In this document: positions 1-14,680 of the stretch, piece after piece
How the letters are laid out: the number at the start of each line of letters is the position of its first letter
Numbering within the stretch: position 1 is the first letter of the stretch
From: Fimbriosthenelais zetlandica
Taxonomy: Eukaryota
Direction of reading: 5' to 3'
DNA length: 64,000 nucleotides
Assembly (NCBI GenBank): GCA_977030845.1
Contig: OZ365113.1
Span: forward strand, 20,212,001 to 20,276,000
The notes under the pieces: model-generated
Databases searched by the model: none
What the model saw: only the letters and a program-made list of their open reading frames with translations
What the model was told of the DNA's origin: nothing
Program-made: the position numbers and the translations under genes

Positions 1-480
1 GAAGACAAACCCATGCATATCACTGGCAGTTTCTCTACCATCCGTACATTATTGCCTGCTGTATGCCAGTCTTCACCCCTCTATGTATTCTGCCTTCTGT
101 GATAGAGTAGGTTCTGTTAGACGTGGCAGCACATGCATTCGCCTTTCTCCTGGAATGTGGCTTCCCACCTGCATGGCAATACATACTGCATTGTGCCTGC
201 ATGTCTTGTAAAAGGAAAGAGGTTGTGTCTGACAAGCCACTGGGGGTTTGTTAGACCACGTTTTTGAGAACCTTTACAATGGAGGTTTCGCATGCACTCC
301 TCTCTTGATCTGTGATCACTACAGGGTCAATGTTTCGTATAAGCCCACCTTTCATGATCGATCTCCTTAATAGAATATAATCATTGAAGGGATAAGAGGA
401 GAAAGCATCTCCCAAACGTCAACCTCAGATAGCCATCACACTATGTATCTTTGTTACTGGGATTGATCGATGTTTGTCAT
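1..480 (-). mobile_element. Degraded non-LTR retrotransposon (CR1/L2-like) apurinic endonuclease remnant, running off the window start
   Basis: With a few frameshifts the minus strand gives APE-type motifs in the expected order: NxRSIxxNK-like (~474-449), VMAI..L.D...F.DYILLRR/DR..KGG (~440-345), VVYKPP (259-241, needs one extra A removed), and ...V...GLS at the window edge (where SDH would follow). Multiple stops and frameshifts. Confidence 0.5.
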
Positions 481-3239
481 GATTGTCATACAATTGCCGA
501 GATATTATTGGCAAAGGTTTGATCCAGAGCTGCATCTTTTCCTGCACTTGATGCATCTATACGCAATAGATATCATGATTTGTCAAAGCTTTCCTCCTGC
601 CATGCATTCAGATACAATAGCCCTCAAATGCACGACCCAAATTTTGCACTCGGTGGATGATCCATTACTGCATTATAGCCATAAAAGTCCCTTTAATATA
701 AGGAAGTAATCAACTTTAGGCTGCATTATCCCAATTAAATACCTCAAAATTGGTTCAGCCCATGCCTGTCCCACTGTCTAATGAAAGTCTCCAGATAAAG
801 GACTATAGGAGTTACAGTACTGTATATCATACTGGCTCATTACCTCTGTCTTCTCCTGTAAATGGAACGGACTTGCCTTGATTGCACAATGATTGCATCA
901 TGAATAGATAATTAGTAAGCTAAGTCTGCACTGAAGTCAAGAGTCTGATATATTCCATTTACTTCATATTATCATCTTGTGTTAGGGCCAGCTTGTCTGA
1001 GGGAGAAGCCAATATACATGTATAATACACAAACATACATGTATATAATTCCTCTGCTCTCTTTGCACAGCAGAGACATATTTCTCATCAACAATATAGC
1101 GCTTTATTAATGAGCAATAGTCTTGCACTTGATGTTACCCTTTAATTTTATAATTCAGGATTTAGAATACATGTGATTCCATAAAATATCACTTCTTGGG
1201 TCCAAGTTTTGCCACAGATTTAGAGAGATATCGTTGACCACCCTTGGTCAATCATTATGGTCCCCAACTTATAATCTTTCATTCCCAGCTCTTGAAGCTA
1301 CATTCAGGAGCCAATTACATTTCTCTTTCTTTATGTGCCACTGAGAGTCCTGAGCAAACCAGTTTTCTTTCCACAATAATCCAAGATATCTGATCATACT
1401 GAAAAAATCAACATTGGCGCCTGTAACCGTCGAGCTGCATGGCTGCGGCCCGGGAGGGCATGACAAAAAATGACAGTTATAGCCGACTGAAGGTCAATCC
1501 CTTTGACATAAACTGACTGGCTGTATGTGCAAAGGAAGCAAAGACACAAAGACACTGTTCAAGCAATGCGCCATAGAGGCTAGACAGGAAAGAAAACGGA
1601 GGGGAAGATGAAATCCTCATTCACTACTGTCTTATATATATGAAGACGGCTCACTGGAAATGACTGAATAATATTCCCCCCCCCCCCCAAATATGGCTGG
1701 GATAGATTCTAGGCTGAGATCTAAGAATTTTCTTTATACTCTCTCTCACTATTCACAATTTATTAGGCCTACAATGGCCAAAATGCAATGCATTTTTGTC
1801 TGAAACTTATTAGGCCTATTTGTTTGAATTTTGAAGAAAAGTTCGCAAAGATAACTTGTGTATGATAGAGCCTCAAGGTTTAAAAGTCAGAGGGCTCTGA
1901 ATCTGTTCCTTAGATCATCAATTTAAAATACAGAATGATATAACGAGCCAATGATAGAAGACATGCAAGGGCTAGCTACCGTATGAGTGGCTATGAACAA
2001 AGCTAGCTCTGCGTGAGGTCAGGGCCAAGGGTAGTTCGCTAGGAGCTTATATGATGAGTGGGGGGAGGTTATACTCAGAATGGGACAGATTCATGTTCCA
2101 AAGGAGGCCTTTGACCACCCAGGGAATTCTATCACTGCCGATCTCAAATGTACATAGTGGCTAAGCTGTGATGTATCGGGAGGTCACTGATGCGATTTGT
2201 GGGGCGAGCAGCTCAAAGTAGCCTATCACTTGGGTGAATGCCCCTCTGAGAATATGTGTGGTTACATTTCCTCATTTAATACAGCTATTTAGTGGCCTTA
2301 CAAACATAATAATTTCATAAGAAAAGAACTGGAAATTCATTGGACAAAGGTGGACTTCCCAAGCCTGCATGGGTTCTATGGCAACGAGTGTTATGCCCTC
2401 TAATGGTAGATGGTGCAATCATTGATCACCAAATGCCCTCATGTATGACATGTGAATCCAATCATACACATACTGACATCACTGAATACCAACTCCATGG
2501 CATAAAATAAAAAAAAAATCCAAAAGCGCCCATCGGCCACCAGCACTGCTTGTCAATTATCAAACGATAACCAAACTTGCAGGTGTATCTAACAAACAAT
2601 TAGGCCTATTGTAGCCTGCATCCCTAACATAATTGGGCTAACACTATGTTCTTACACCTTGACTATTTGATTTTATGACTCACTGACACTGAATTCATGT
2701 CTGCATAGATCTAGTTAGAACTATGATGTCTACCTTGTCTGCTACTGTCTGCTAATTTTGGTGCTGCCGCCTGGTGTTTTGTCTTTCGTGGTATGACGGG
2801 TATGACCAAGGATATTGGGACTAAACAATCTTAGTAGTCGTCTACCATCCTTGGTAGGCCTATTACCACCATATTATGCATACCTAAATCCACTGCCATG
2901 CAATCACTTGGCCAGGAGGTGAACTAAAGCCGGCACCACTATTATATGTACTAGAACATTAGGCCTAGAACCATTTTTTACCTCTATCAGGAGGCCTATT
3001 AAAATTAGGTGACCGTCCGCTGGTGCCCTCGATAGCTATACGGCAAATTTGGGAACTAACGCTCAATGCCGTGTTAATGTGGTGTCGATATGAATATTCA
3101 GACGGCGTTTGTAGATCTAAATAAGCACCGAAATCTGCCAAAATTGAAATCAGTGGGTAGATTTTCATGCAGAATTTACCAGAGCTCACAGGTTTACACT
3201 CAGAGAATGAAGCTAGTGTTGTTGCTCTGAGCGATAATA

Positions 3240-3365
3240 GGGACTTTGGCGGCTACTTCCGGAAGTCGCTTGGGAAAATGGTGCAAAGTCTGCGGTTGTA
3301 ACGGGTAGAGCGACCTGGTTCCTGAGAAAGCCTCGTGGTGGCATCACAAACAAAATGGCGGCTGT
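3240..3365. promoter_or_regulatory. CpG-rich housekeeping-type promoter with a palindromic ETS/GABP double site and a YY1 motif
   Basis: ACTTCCGGAAGT perfect palindrome at 3255-3266; CAAAATGGCGGC (YY1 consensus overlapping an ATG) at 3351-3362; locally high CpG density in an AT-rich background. Confidence 0.6.
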
Positions 3366-3863
3366 CAGATGGAAGTTGGGCGCAGTACAACAAACTTCTC
3401 GCATCACTCAGCGATTTTCTAACCACAGTTATTGTAGGTAGATACACTTATTGTCTATTTACATGTGTTTTGACTACATTGAACTGCAATATAGGCCTAA
3501 GCCTACCGTAATACTGTCAGAAAACGCTGCTGGAATTTTGATAGCGCCACGTGCAACGATCCCACCACCGGCTTAATCGAGAACTAACACCAATGAGATA
3601 TGCGAGGAAGATTTCTACCTCTTTTTACCCAATAGCCGACAATTTCCTGGCCACAGACTCCATGTATGCAGGTAGATATACTTTGTGTTTTTACTCAATA
3701 GTCTTTTGTCTACGGAAACGCTCATGAAAAGTTCTATAAAGTAATATTATGTAGGATGCGTGGATGGAGTTGTCTTATTGCTCCGTGACTTTTTTGGAGC
3801 CGTCTGTATTAGATTTAATATTACCAGTAGGCCTAATAGGCCTACTTGTTTTTTTTCCTTTTT

Positions 3864-3897
3864 GGGGGGTGGGTGGGGGGAGGGGGGGGGGCGGGGG
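3864..3897 (+). repeat. G-rich tract, potential G-quadruplex
   Basis: GGGGGGTGGGTGGGGGGAGGGGGGGGGGCGGGGG: five G-runs of at least 3 with 1-nt loops. Confidence 0.6.
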
Positions 3898-4384
3898 TGT
3901 AGATAAAAACATAGTGTAGGCCTACATCAATAATTCTTGAACATCCCTATAGCCATATACATCAAAAAATGTTTAATATTGCAAATTAAGAGTTACCCTG
4001 ATCACATTTTTTTCACACAAAATAAAACAAATATTCTGGACGGAACGTTGCTGCTTCAGGCACATCAGTGGGAACCATCCTGCGACGATTACTGAAACGA
4101 AAATTAGATACCGGTATTATTTAAATTTATATTTTTTATATAAGATCTTAAAATGATACAGTTCTATCATCTATTAGTCTATCAACAAAAATCGTGCCAA
4201 GGATCTAATCTTACCCATTTTGTCCCAACTTGTTAAAATCTATCCTATGTCGTCGATTTTCCATCTGTAGTTTTGTCTGCTGATTGATATGCTGAGCTGT
4301 CAAAACGAGCTGAAACAGCAAAGATATCGGTATATTTAACTATATAACAACATTTAATTTGAATGTTTTCATGAAAAATATCGA

Positions 4385-4910
4385 CTAATTGCCCGTACCT
4401 TGATTAGATCTTTCAAGCTGCCAGCTTGTATTAGCATTCTGTTGATTGACATTTCGTCGCATTACTTCTGCCATTCCTTCTTGGGAAGATTCTTTTTCTG
4501 CTTCTCTCTCCTAGAAATATGGAATGCCATTGTGTAACATAGGGCCATCTCTATTGATTTTATGTTCAGAATATATGAATTGAGTTGTGGGAATCAAGAC
4601 TGATGTGTGCCAGATCTTGGCAGCGACCAGAGAGTAATGAATGAATGGTGAATTAACGTCATGACAGACAGTCTCAGTAGACCTATCTTTTCAAATGATA
4701 TATAATTTCAAAAATTATATATTTCATTACCTGGGCATCCTGTTCTTTGAGTGTTTCCTGTGCTTCTTTCTGCATCTTCTCCATTTTCTCCAGTGTCATA
4801 GATTTTAATGGAAGAAGTTTAGGTTTGCACAAAGCAAATCCCGCTGACATCTCCTGGTAGATTATACCATGCTTGGGCAAGACTTCTGGGAAGGGATTCA
4901 CAGCTGCCAT
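4385..4910 (-). CDS. BBIP1: BBSome-interacting protein 1 (BBIP10), 2 coding exons: 4910-4731 and 4510-4385, ~101 aa
   Basis: Translation MAAVNPFPEVLPKHG...LCKPKLLPLKSMTLEKMEKMQKEAQ contains the BBIP10 signature (EVLPKxG...LCKPKLLPLKSxTLEKxEKM). Donor CAG|GTAATG at 4730; acceptor tttctag|GAG at 4511; TAG at 4387-4385. An acceptor at 4933 shows an upstream non-coding exon exists. The second coding exon is less certain than the first. Confidence 0.88.
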
Positions 4911-5232
4911 GATAAAAGTTCCATAAAACGATCTGAAAGATTTAAGAAAAGATCGATATGAGCAAAAATATTAGGCCGTCAACGTTGGGGCACATAGACA
5001 AATCTTTGGTGACATGTGATGATTTTGGAAAAATCAGAGTGGATGGAAAATGCATTAATTAAATGGTACAGTCATTTCCAACATCATCAACTGGGATAAC
5101 CTGTCGCCATTTATGAAATACAGGTTACCGTATAGTACTAGGATCTATTTTGGTGCTGCTATAGATGACCAGTGAACCTGATGAGATCATGAAAAGGAAA
5201 TCCTGGTTTAAAAGCCCGAATAACGGTTCCTC

Positions 5233-5288
5233 GGTCAAGGGGATCAAACTCAGGTCAAGAGGATCAAACTCAGGTCAAGAGGATCAAA
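5233..5288. repeat. Minisatellite, 20-bp unit GGTCAAGAGGATCAAACTCA, ~2.8 copies
   Basis: Direct reading of near-identical tandem units, within inferred BBIP1 intron 1. Confidence 0.85.
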
Positions 5289-8200
5289 ACAGACTTGGCT
5301 ATGCATGCAGTTCACCATTACCAGAAACTGAGAGCCTTACATAATGTATACATTATTTTTATTTTATGGCTAGTTTAATTAGGATATATATATGAAAGGA
5401 TTAGAAAATGTAATGAAATTGAATTGGGTGAGATATCTTACATATTGGATTGATAATATTGCAGCCTCCTTACACCACTAAGAAAATTAATTACCCTTAT
5501 ACAGGTGTATTTGCACCTGTGTATGTTCAAGGGTAGTATTCGATTAAGATAAGGTACTTATCCTAATCTACAAATGAGAGGAAGTGCATATTTTAACCAA
5601 CCTACATTATTGGCTTTCTGATATGATCACAGAATGTTAATTCTGTATGTACAAAGACTTACTGGCCAAAGTATCAATCTTTTTTGCACCGGCCAACAGG
5701 TCCAAGATACAGACTAACTAGATTTATTATTATATCTTTGTTCATTCGACCAAATCCAATAATTAAATATTAATATATGGATAAAGTGACTGATATGCAC
5801 TATACTCAGTTAAGGCTGACTTGAAGATGATTGACATTTATGGCATATGAACATATATACCGTGACATACATGACCATGTATAGCGTATGATTTATAAAG
5901 AGATGACTATATATAGACCATAATATAATCTCCATTATGAATTGTATAACATAATATTATTGTTCCTGCTTATGTAATTGAGATTTTGCTGAAGACACTG
6001 GGTTTTCCAATGTTATATTCGGCACTATGCTATGCACATACATGTAGGCTACTTTACCCATGTATCACCTGCAGGATGCATGGCGTCTGATGCAACTGAT
6101 TATTACACCTGCCATTTTCCTACTGCAGCAACACTTATACAATGTAGGCTATGTGTACAATGAAAACTGCACCTTAAGCTTAAGCTATAGGATGGACAAA
6201 ACCCTTTATCACTAATATTTTAGAGGGGGAGATAAAAGAGACAGGTACCTACCTCTTATAGATATGAGGTAACTGCCATCTGATGCTGTTTGGGGTTTAT
6301 GGCAGTGGTATGTGTTGTTTCCCCCTCAGCAACAACAGATGTCTGTTCAGTTATGATGCCGCTCACCAAACTTAATGGCGCCACCAGTAGCTGGCGTCAG
6401 CTTTAAGCATCCTACTAATCCCATTATAGATCCATTCAGTTTGTAAAGCTGCAGTCACATTCAGTCGTTGAACAGTAGTTTATTGTATGACATGTATACA
6501 TGTTCTATTGAATTTGATCAACATCATTTTAATGAATAGCATACATTTGCCAATGGTCATTTATTTATTAGTTATTAGAATTAATTTTTAAATTAAATAC
6601 ATGTTACCATATATATAGGCTAGGCCTATACATGCCTGGCTGATATGGACTTGTCGACTAACTTGTACCACTCAGAATGAGGAAACATATCAGGGGCCTT
6701 TATATATGGTAGGCTAGCTACTTATAATTTGATTTACAACATAAAATGATATGCCGATAGGATGATCTAGATATATAGGGGGCATAGACCATATGCACTT
6801 ATAAGCTGTTTATCTTGAATATTGATGAAAGGGCATATAGATATCTATATATCTGGTAGGCTGGAGTCGATGAATGCTTTCGTCGAAATGCTCTTAAGTG
6901 CTTCAAATACCGTACGGTTTACGGATGCACCCTCTAATGCACCCTCTAATTAACTTGGATAATAATCCCTTACATTCCGTGTAATTAATATACATTCCTA
7001 TACCTACACTCATAGTTACTCATCCCTATAACTTTAAGTTATTGATGATATTAATATATTTTATGGATTACTTATTTACAATCTTCAGGATTTCACAAAT
7101 CGAGACTGACTGATCATATAGACTGATATATCAGCTATATTTGTCCATGAATTAGTATCGAGGCGAGTAAATGTTAATGGTAAATAAGCTAGGGATCAAC
7201 AGGACATGGGTATGTTGACAGTCATGCTTCACCTCTCGTGAACCCCAATTACTTTAATATGATTGTCAATGCATTAGTTCTTACTCGTGAAAAACAGCCC
7301 GAGAATATTTTATGCATGGTCAATTTTCTGACTCGCTCTGTGAGAATATTATTTTAACACTATCATTCAATGGTTTAATGTCTTTAAACTTCGTCCTCTA
7401 TGATTGAATACTTTCTCTAGTCCGACGCGCCATATTTATCCATATTTCATTTTTGTGACGGGATCCATTGAAGCTGCATTTCTCCATACCTTTTTGTGCA
7501 CAGAAGTTGATGCATTTTGTTTATATGCAACCAGAAAGTAAATGAATTGATCCTGTTCTGATCAGATGTTTAGCAACACAGCCTATATAATATACCGGTA
7601 TGTAGCGTTGTGTTACTACAGAGTGCAGTTCCCTTCCCAGGGATCTATTGGTCGTACTATTTGTTTTCAGGATGTCTGTATATTTCGAGTATAGAATTCT
7701 AAAGATCGATTTTACATTTTCTCCCTACTTATGTCTGGGTTATTATATCACAGGTTTTGTATTTCTCGGCCTCTTATTTTGTATTCAGAGGACTACTATA
7801 ATTTCCTTCCCATTCTTTGTACTGCTATATAGTATTCAGTCCATCAGTAAATTACGTCTATACAGACCGCTAGGGACATCCTTTATCGATCATTTGTCAA
7901 CAGACATAAAATTGTACAGCTGTGACATAACCCTTTCTTCATTTGTCACTATGTTTGTACAGTATAGCTAAAGTGATATAACAATTAACGAATTCTCCAC
8001 TAACCCCTCAGGTATACTATATGACCCCAGAAAGATAAATACCTTTTCATGTGAGCTAGAAATATTGGAAAGCTTGAATGAATGACATAAGAATAAGATA
8101 TAATATAAGAATAAGATAAGACTGATATATAGGGGTCAATAATGTTGATCCCAATGCCTTTGATCTCTTTCATCTATTTATTGATCGGGCGCATCATGAA

Positions 8201-9755
8201 GATAACGCACTTTTTTGTCCTCTTTGGTGATATTAAAGTCTGGAATCTCAATATTATAATTATATGACCGATCTACTATAAACGAATAACTATATTTTAG
8301 CGAGAATAACGATGTACGTGCTGTGTGCTGTGTCTTAGTAAAACATTTTCCTTTAGCTCAGATTCGAGATGATGTATACACAGGTGTGGATTTTACCTGA
8401 CTGTCATAAACATTACCACAATTTATGGTTAGGCTACAGGTATGGCAAGGTGTGAAAACATTGTGGTTCGTTTTATGACGTGTTTGTTTCCATATATTAT
8501 GGGTGAATTGCTAACAAAATTATTTAATTTCAGGCAATTATAGTGATATTTTAGAGAAAATAATTTATGCAGACAATATATACTATACCCAGATGCATAG
8601 AGGGATAATTGTCGAGATGAGATCATAGTTACCACATGGTACATTAACTACAGATAATTATCTAGACCTAATTGTAGTCAACTAATTATGTCCTTCCTCT
8701 GTTGTTCCTTTCTCGTTTCGGCCTAATAACCGATGTATAGATATGCCCCTATTGATAAATATCTTTATATTTCAAGTTAAGTAGAAAAATACCAAGTAAT
8801 ACCCTCCTTAATAAAAGAAAAAATTTACGCAAATGAAAATATAAAGGAAATGAGGACAAAATTAAGTTTTCCAAGTGAAATTAAGGCTGGGACTTTATTG
8901 CAGTTTATAAGCAATTCTCAGCTGTAATCAAGAGAGTTACATGTATATAATTGATGCATGTCTGGAATTTTTCACTAATCTTTGATCATGGACACCACAA
9001 TATATTCCCACATAACTATGAATCACAGCTGAGATATATTTATTTGGGACAATCATCCAATTTATCTTCATAAGAATATTTGTTTGAACCTATTGGAGGA
9101 TGACAAAACGGGAGGGCCTTGGGAATCTATCTGAATAATAACAGACAAATAGACGGATCGATAGATAGATAGAAAATTGTTTTAACTTTAGGCTTATCAT
9201 TGTATTTATTGGTTGATTAATTGATATAAGCCATGTGAGCCATTAACTTAAGAGATATTTTATTTTATTTTTCTTGTTTGATGTCATCAACGATCGAGGT
9301 CATATATAGGCCAGTACGTGTATATGGGTTCGACCATGGGTATGGAACCAAGTGAAATGAATCACACACGTTTCACACACACACACACCCACCCCCTTCA
9401 CACATGTAGCCTACACTCACCCAGGGACTCCATTTGACACAGATAGGTCATAGCACACAGATTAGTCATCCCATGGCCCTACACAGAGAAGAAATAGTCC
9501 CCGGCTGGTCATTGCGACAACTCTATATCAGCGAGTCCCCATAGAGTTCCAACAAAAATTACTCCTTGGCAAATCTGAAGTCATCTTATATGTTTGTGTG
9601 AATTTTGGGAGTCTCTAGTGTACCGGTTAGGATTAAATTTAAAATGCATCTGAGGTTGGTGCCCGTGTTGGTGGAACATGGAGGAACTAAGGGCTACGTC
9701 ATTGCTATGTATACACATGAGCTGCAGACATCCAGGTCTGCTGAAAGTGGGGCAG

Positions 9756-9818
9756 ACTTACTCACTGACAACCTTGCTTAGCAAGGTTGCCAAGCGACCA
9801 GTCTGTTACCATAGAAAT
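9756..9818. promoter_or_regulatory. RFX X-box-like cluster plus minus-strand splice donors: probable BBIP1 exon 1 and shared BBIP1/tubulin promoter
   Basis: AACCTTGCTTAGCAAGGTT palindrome 9770-9788; GTTGCC-A-AGCGAC 9786-9798; GTTACC-AT-AGAAAT 9805-9818, each 1-2 mismatches from the X-box consensus GTYNCY-N(1-2)-RGNAAC. Overlapping minus-strand donors GTGAGT (9765-9760) and GTAAGT (9761-9756). Confidence 0.5.
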
Positions 9819-10343
9819 TATTTTTATATGGCTAATATCACACTAATAACAAAGTGGTATATATAGTGATCATAAATATTTAAATTAAAAGTCGATTATA
9901 TAGCTATTATTAATGATTTTTTAATTTTTTTTCTGGGGACCATCGAATTAACATTGATTAAAATAAAGTACAGATCAGTTACCTATTCTATACAGAATTG
10001 GAAGGTTAATAATAAATACGTATATGCACTGTTACGGTAATTCATCATAGCTATTAATAGAGGATGACTGAGATATCTCGGTACATTGTCCTTAATGAAT
10101 AATCTTGGCACTCGAATGTCGAACTGTACATTTTGTTGTGCCCTAAGGAAGCTTGTACAGAAATAGCTCTGATGCTTCAAGCACCAGCCGTCAGTCTATA
10201 GTGCGTAGGGATACATAGAGGCAGGCAGTGAAGGTACAAAGTCTGCCCTCCTCTCTGCTTCAAACTATCGCCCATTCTCTCCGCCGACACCAACGGTTCA
10301 TACACATACACACTTTTACTCCTTCCTTCACAAAAAATACAAG

Positions 10344-13267
<2,924 letters not shown>

Positions 13268-13532
13268 GAAGTTCGATCCACATATCATTTTCACTTGACC
13301 AGATGAACTTTTACAAAAAAACAACAACAACCCCATGTCTGGGACTTGCAAACAGTTATATACTCACATTGACATGAAACAAGCAAGAAACTTTAAACAA
13401 ACTTATGGAACACAGAAACAAATGACAAATACCGGAACAATGTTGGGCCAACTATGTTAAAAAAAATGATCTTTGAGGTCTAGGCTAGTCAACCATTCGA
13501 TGCAGTGTTGATTGGAAACATTTTTAGAACCA

Positions 13533-13538
13533 AATAAA
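13533..13538 (+). terminator. Polyadenylation signal of beta-tubulin
   Basis: AATAAA about 265 nt after the stop codon, followed by T-rich sequence. Confidence 0.6.
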
Positions 13539-14256
13539 AACTGAAGATCTTAACTTATGATTTTGTTACTTACTCATGACTGTCTTTATTCGGAAATAAG
13601 CAAAGGCCTATCTATCAAGCGAATAATTATAAAACTTTTTCGAGGAATTATAGATCTAGGCCCTATATTATAGACCTACAACGAATGGCCTAATTATTAG
13701 GTATGGATTAATTTAAGTACCATTCAATTTAATTCAGCAACCATGTATAATGAAGGCTGCAAACCTGTTTACCAGTTATCGAGCATGCACATACAGCTAC
13801 TGGCAAACTGAACGGGGTTAATTGGTGTGAAGCATATAATTTGCCCTCTAAAGACCCATGTTGGGTGCCAACAGCCCCAGCATTGTTGATATCTAGTCCA
13901 GCGCCAAGCGTTTTTGGCTAGGCTTGGGATCCCGGAAGAGAACCTTTCAGAATGGTCCGTGTTTGTCCTGTGTCTGTTCCGATTCATTCTTGGCTCAGTG
14001 GGCTTTAGGTTCAAAACCTTTCCCTGTAGGGTGAAGGTAGTCTTGGGATTGAGCAGGGGAGGGGGAGGAATAAAATCGGACACAGTCTGAGTGAGTTCAG
14101 GGAGGCAAAAGTGGATAAGTTGTACCAGTTGTGTATAGGCCTCCTCTCTTATGTCCAACCAAGTCTTGACCCACAAAATTTTAAGTATAGGCGAGCAAAC
14201 TGTCCATTGTAATATAGCCTAGTAAAGTGTGAACCCACCCCACCCCCGATATTCAA

Positions 14257-14625
14257 TAGGCCTACACAACGGGCTTGTATGGACTCTTCACACGTGACCG
14301 CTTTAGAACTATGTGTTCCACAAAATGGACCTAGTGGGAAAAGTTAGGAATGTGGCATAGGCCTACTAGGGCTATAGTTACTGAATGCAGCTTTCATGAT
14401 ATAATAGGCCTACTATGAATCTGACAATCCTATAGGCCTACGCCTATGATAGGCCTATAGGCCTAGTCCATAATTCTGTAGTTACGTCTTTCTGTTTCGA
14501 TTTTTGACCTTAGTTTTGAAACTGAAAATTTGAGCTCTTTGGTATCACTGCCTGCCATGTAGGAACGCCTGTGGAACTGGAAATACTATACCGCCATCTC
14601 GTGGATAAATGTAGAACTAGGCCTA
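14257..14625. promoter_or_regulatory. BPHL upstream region with 7 copies of the palindrome TAGGCCTA
   Basis: TAGGCCTA at 14257, 14358, 14405, 14433, 14450, 14458 and 14618, directly upstream of the BPHL ATG at 14681. The motifs are certain; a regulatory function is inferred. Confidence 0.5.
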
Positions 14626-14680
14626 CATAACCACAGTTTTCAGCTGATCTCGTCTGTACGTGATTTTTGCGAGATTAGAC

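Noticed and set aside
6270-6400. CTCF-like motifs (e.g. reverse-strand GCATCAGATGGCAG)
   Set aside because: Partial matches only; short degenerate motifs occur by chance.
7648-7971. 107-aa hydrophobic plus-strand ORF
   Set aside because: AT-rich F/I/L/Y-biased translation typical of spurious intronic ORFs; no homology recognised. Noted only as a possible downstream exon of the 3355 candidate.
13769-14176. 135-aa minus-strand ORF between tubulin and BPHL
   Set aside because: No recognisable motif, splice context or codon bias.
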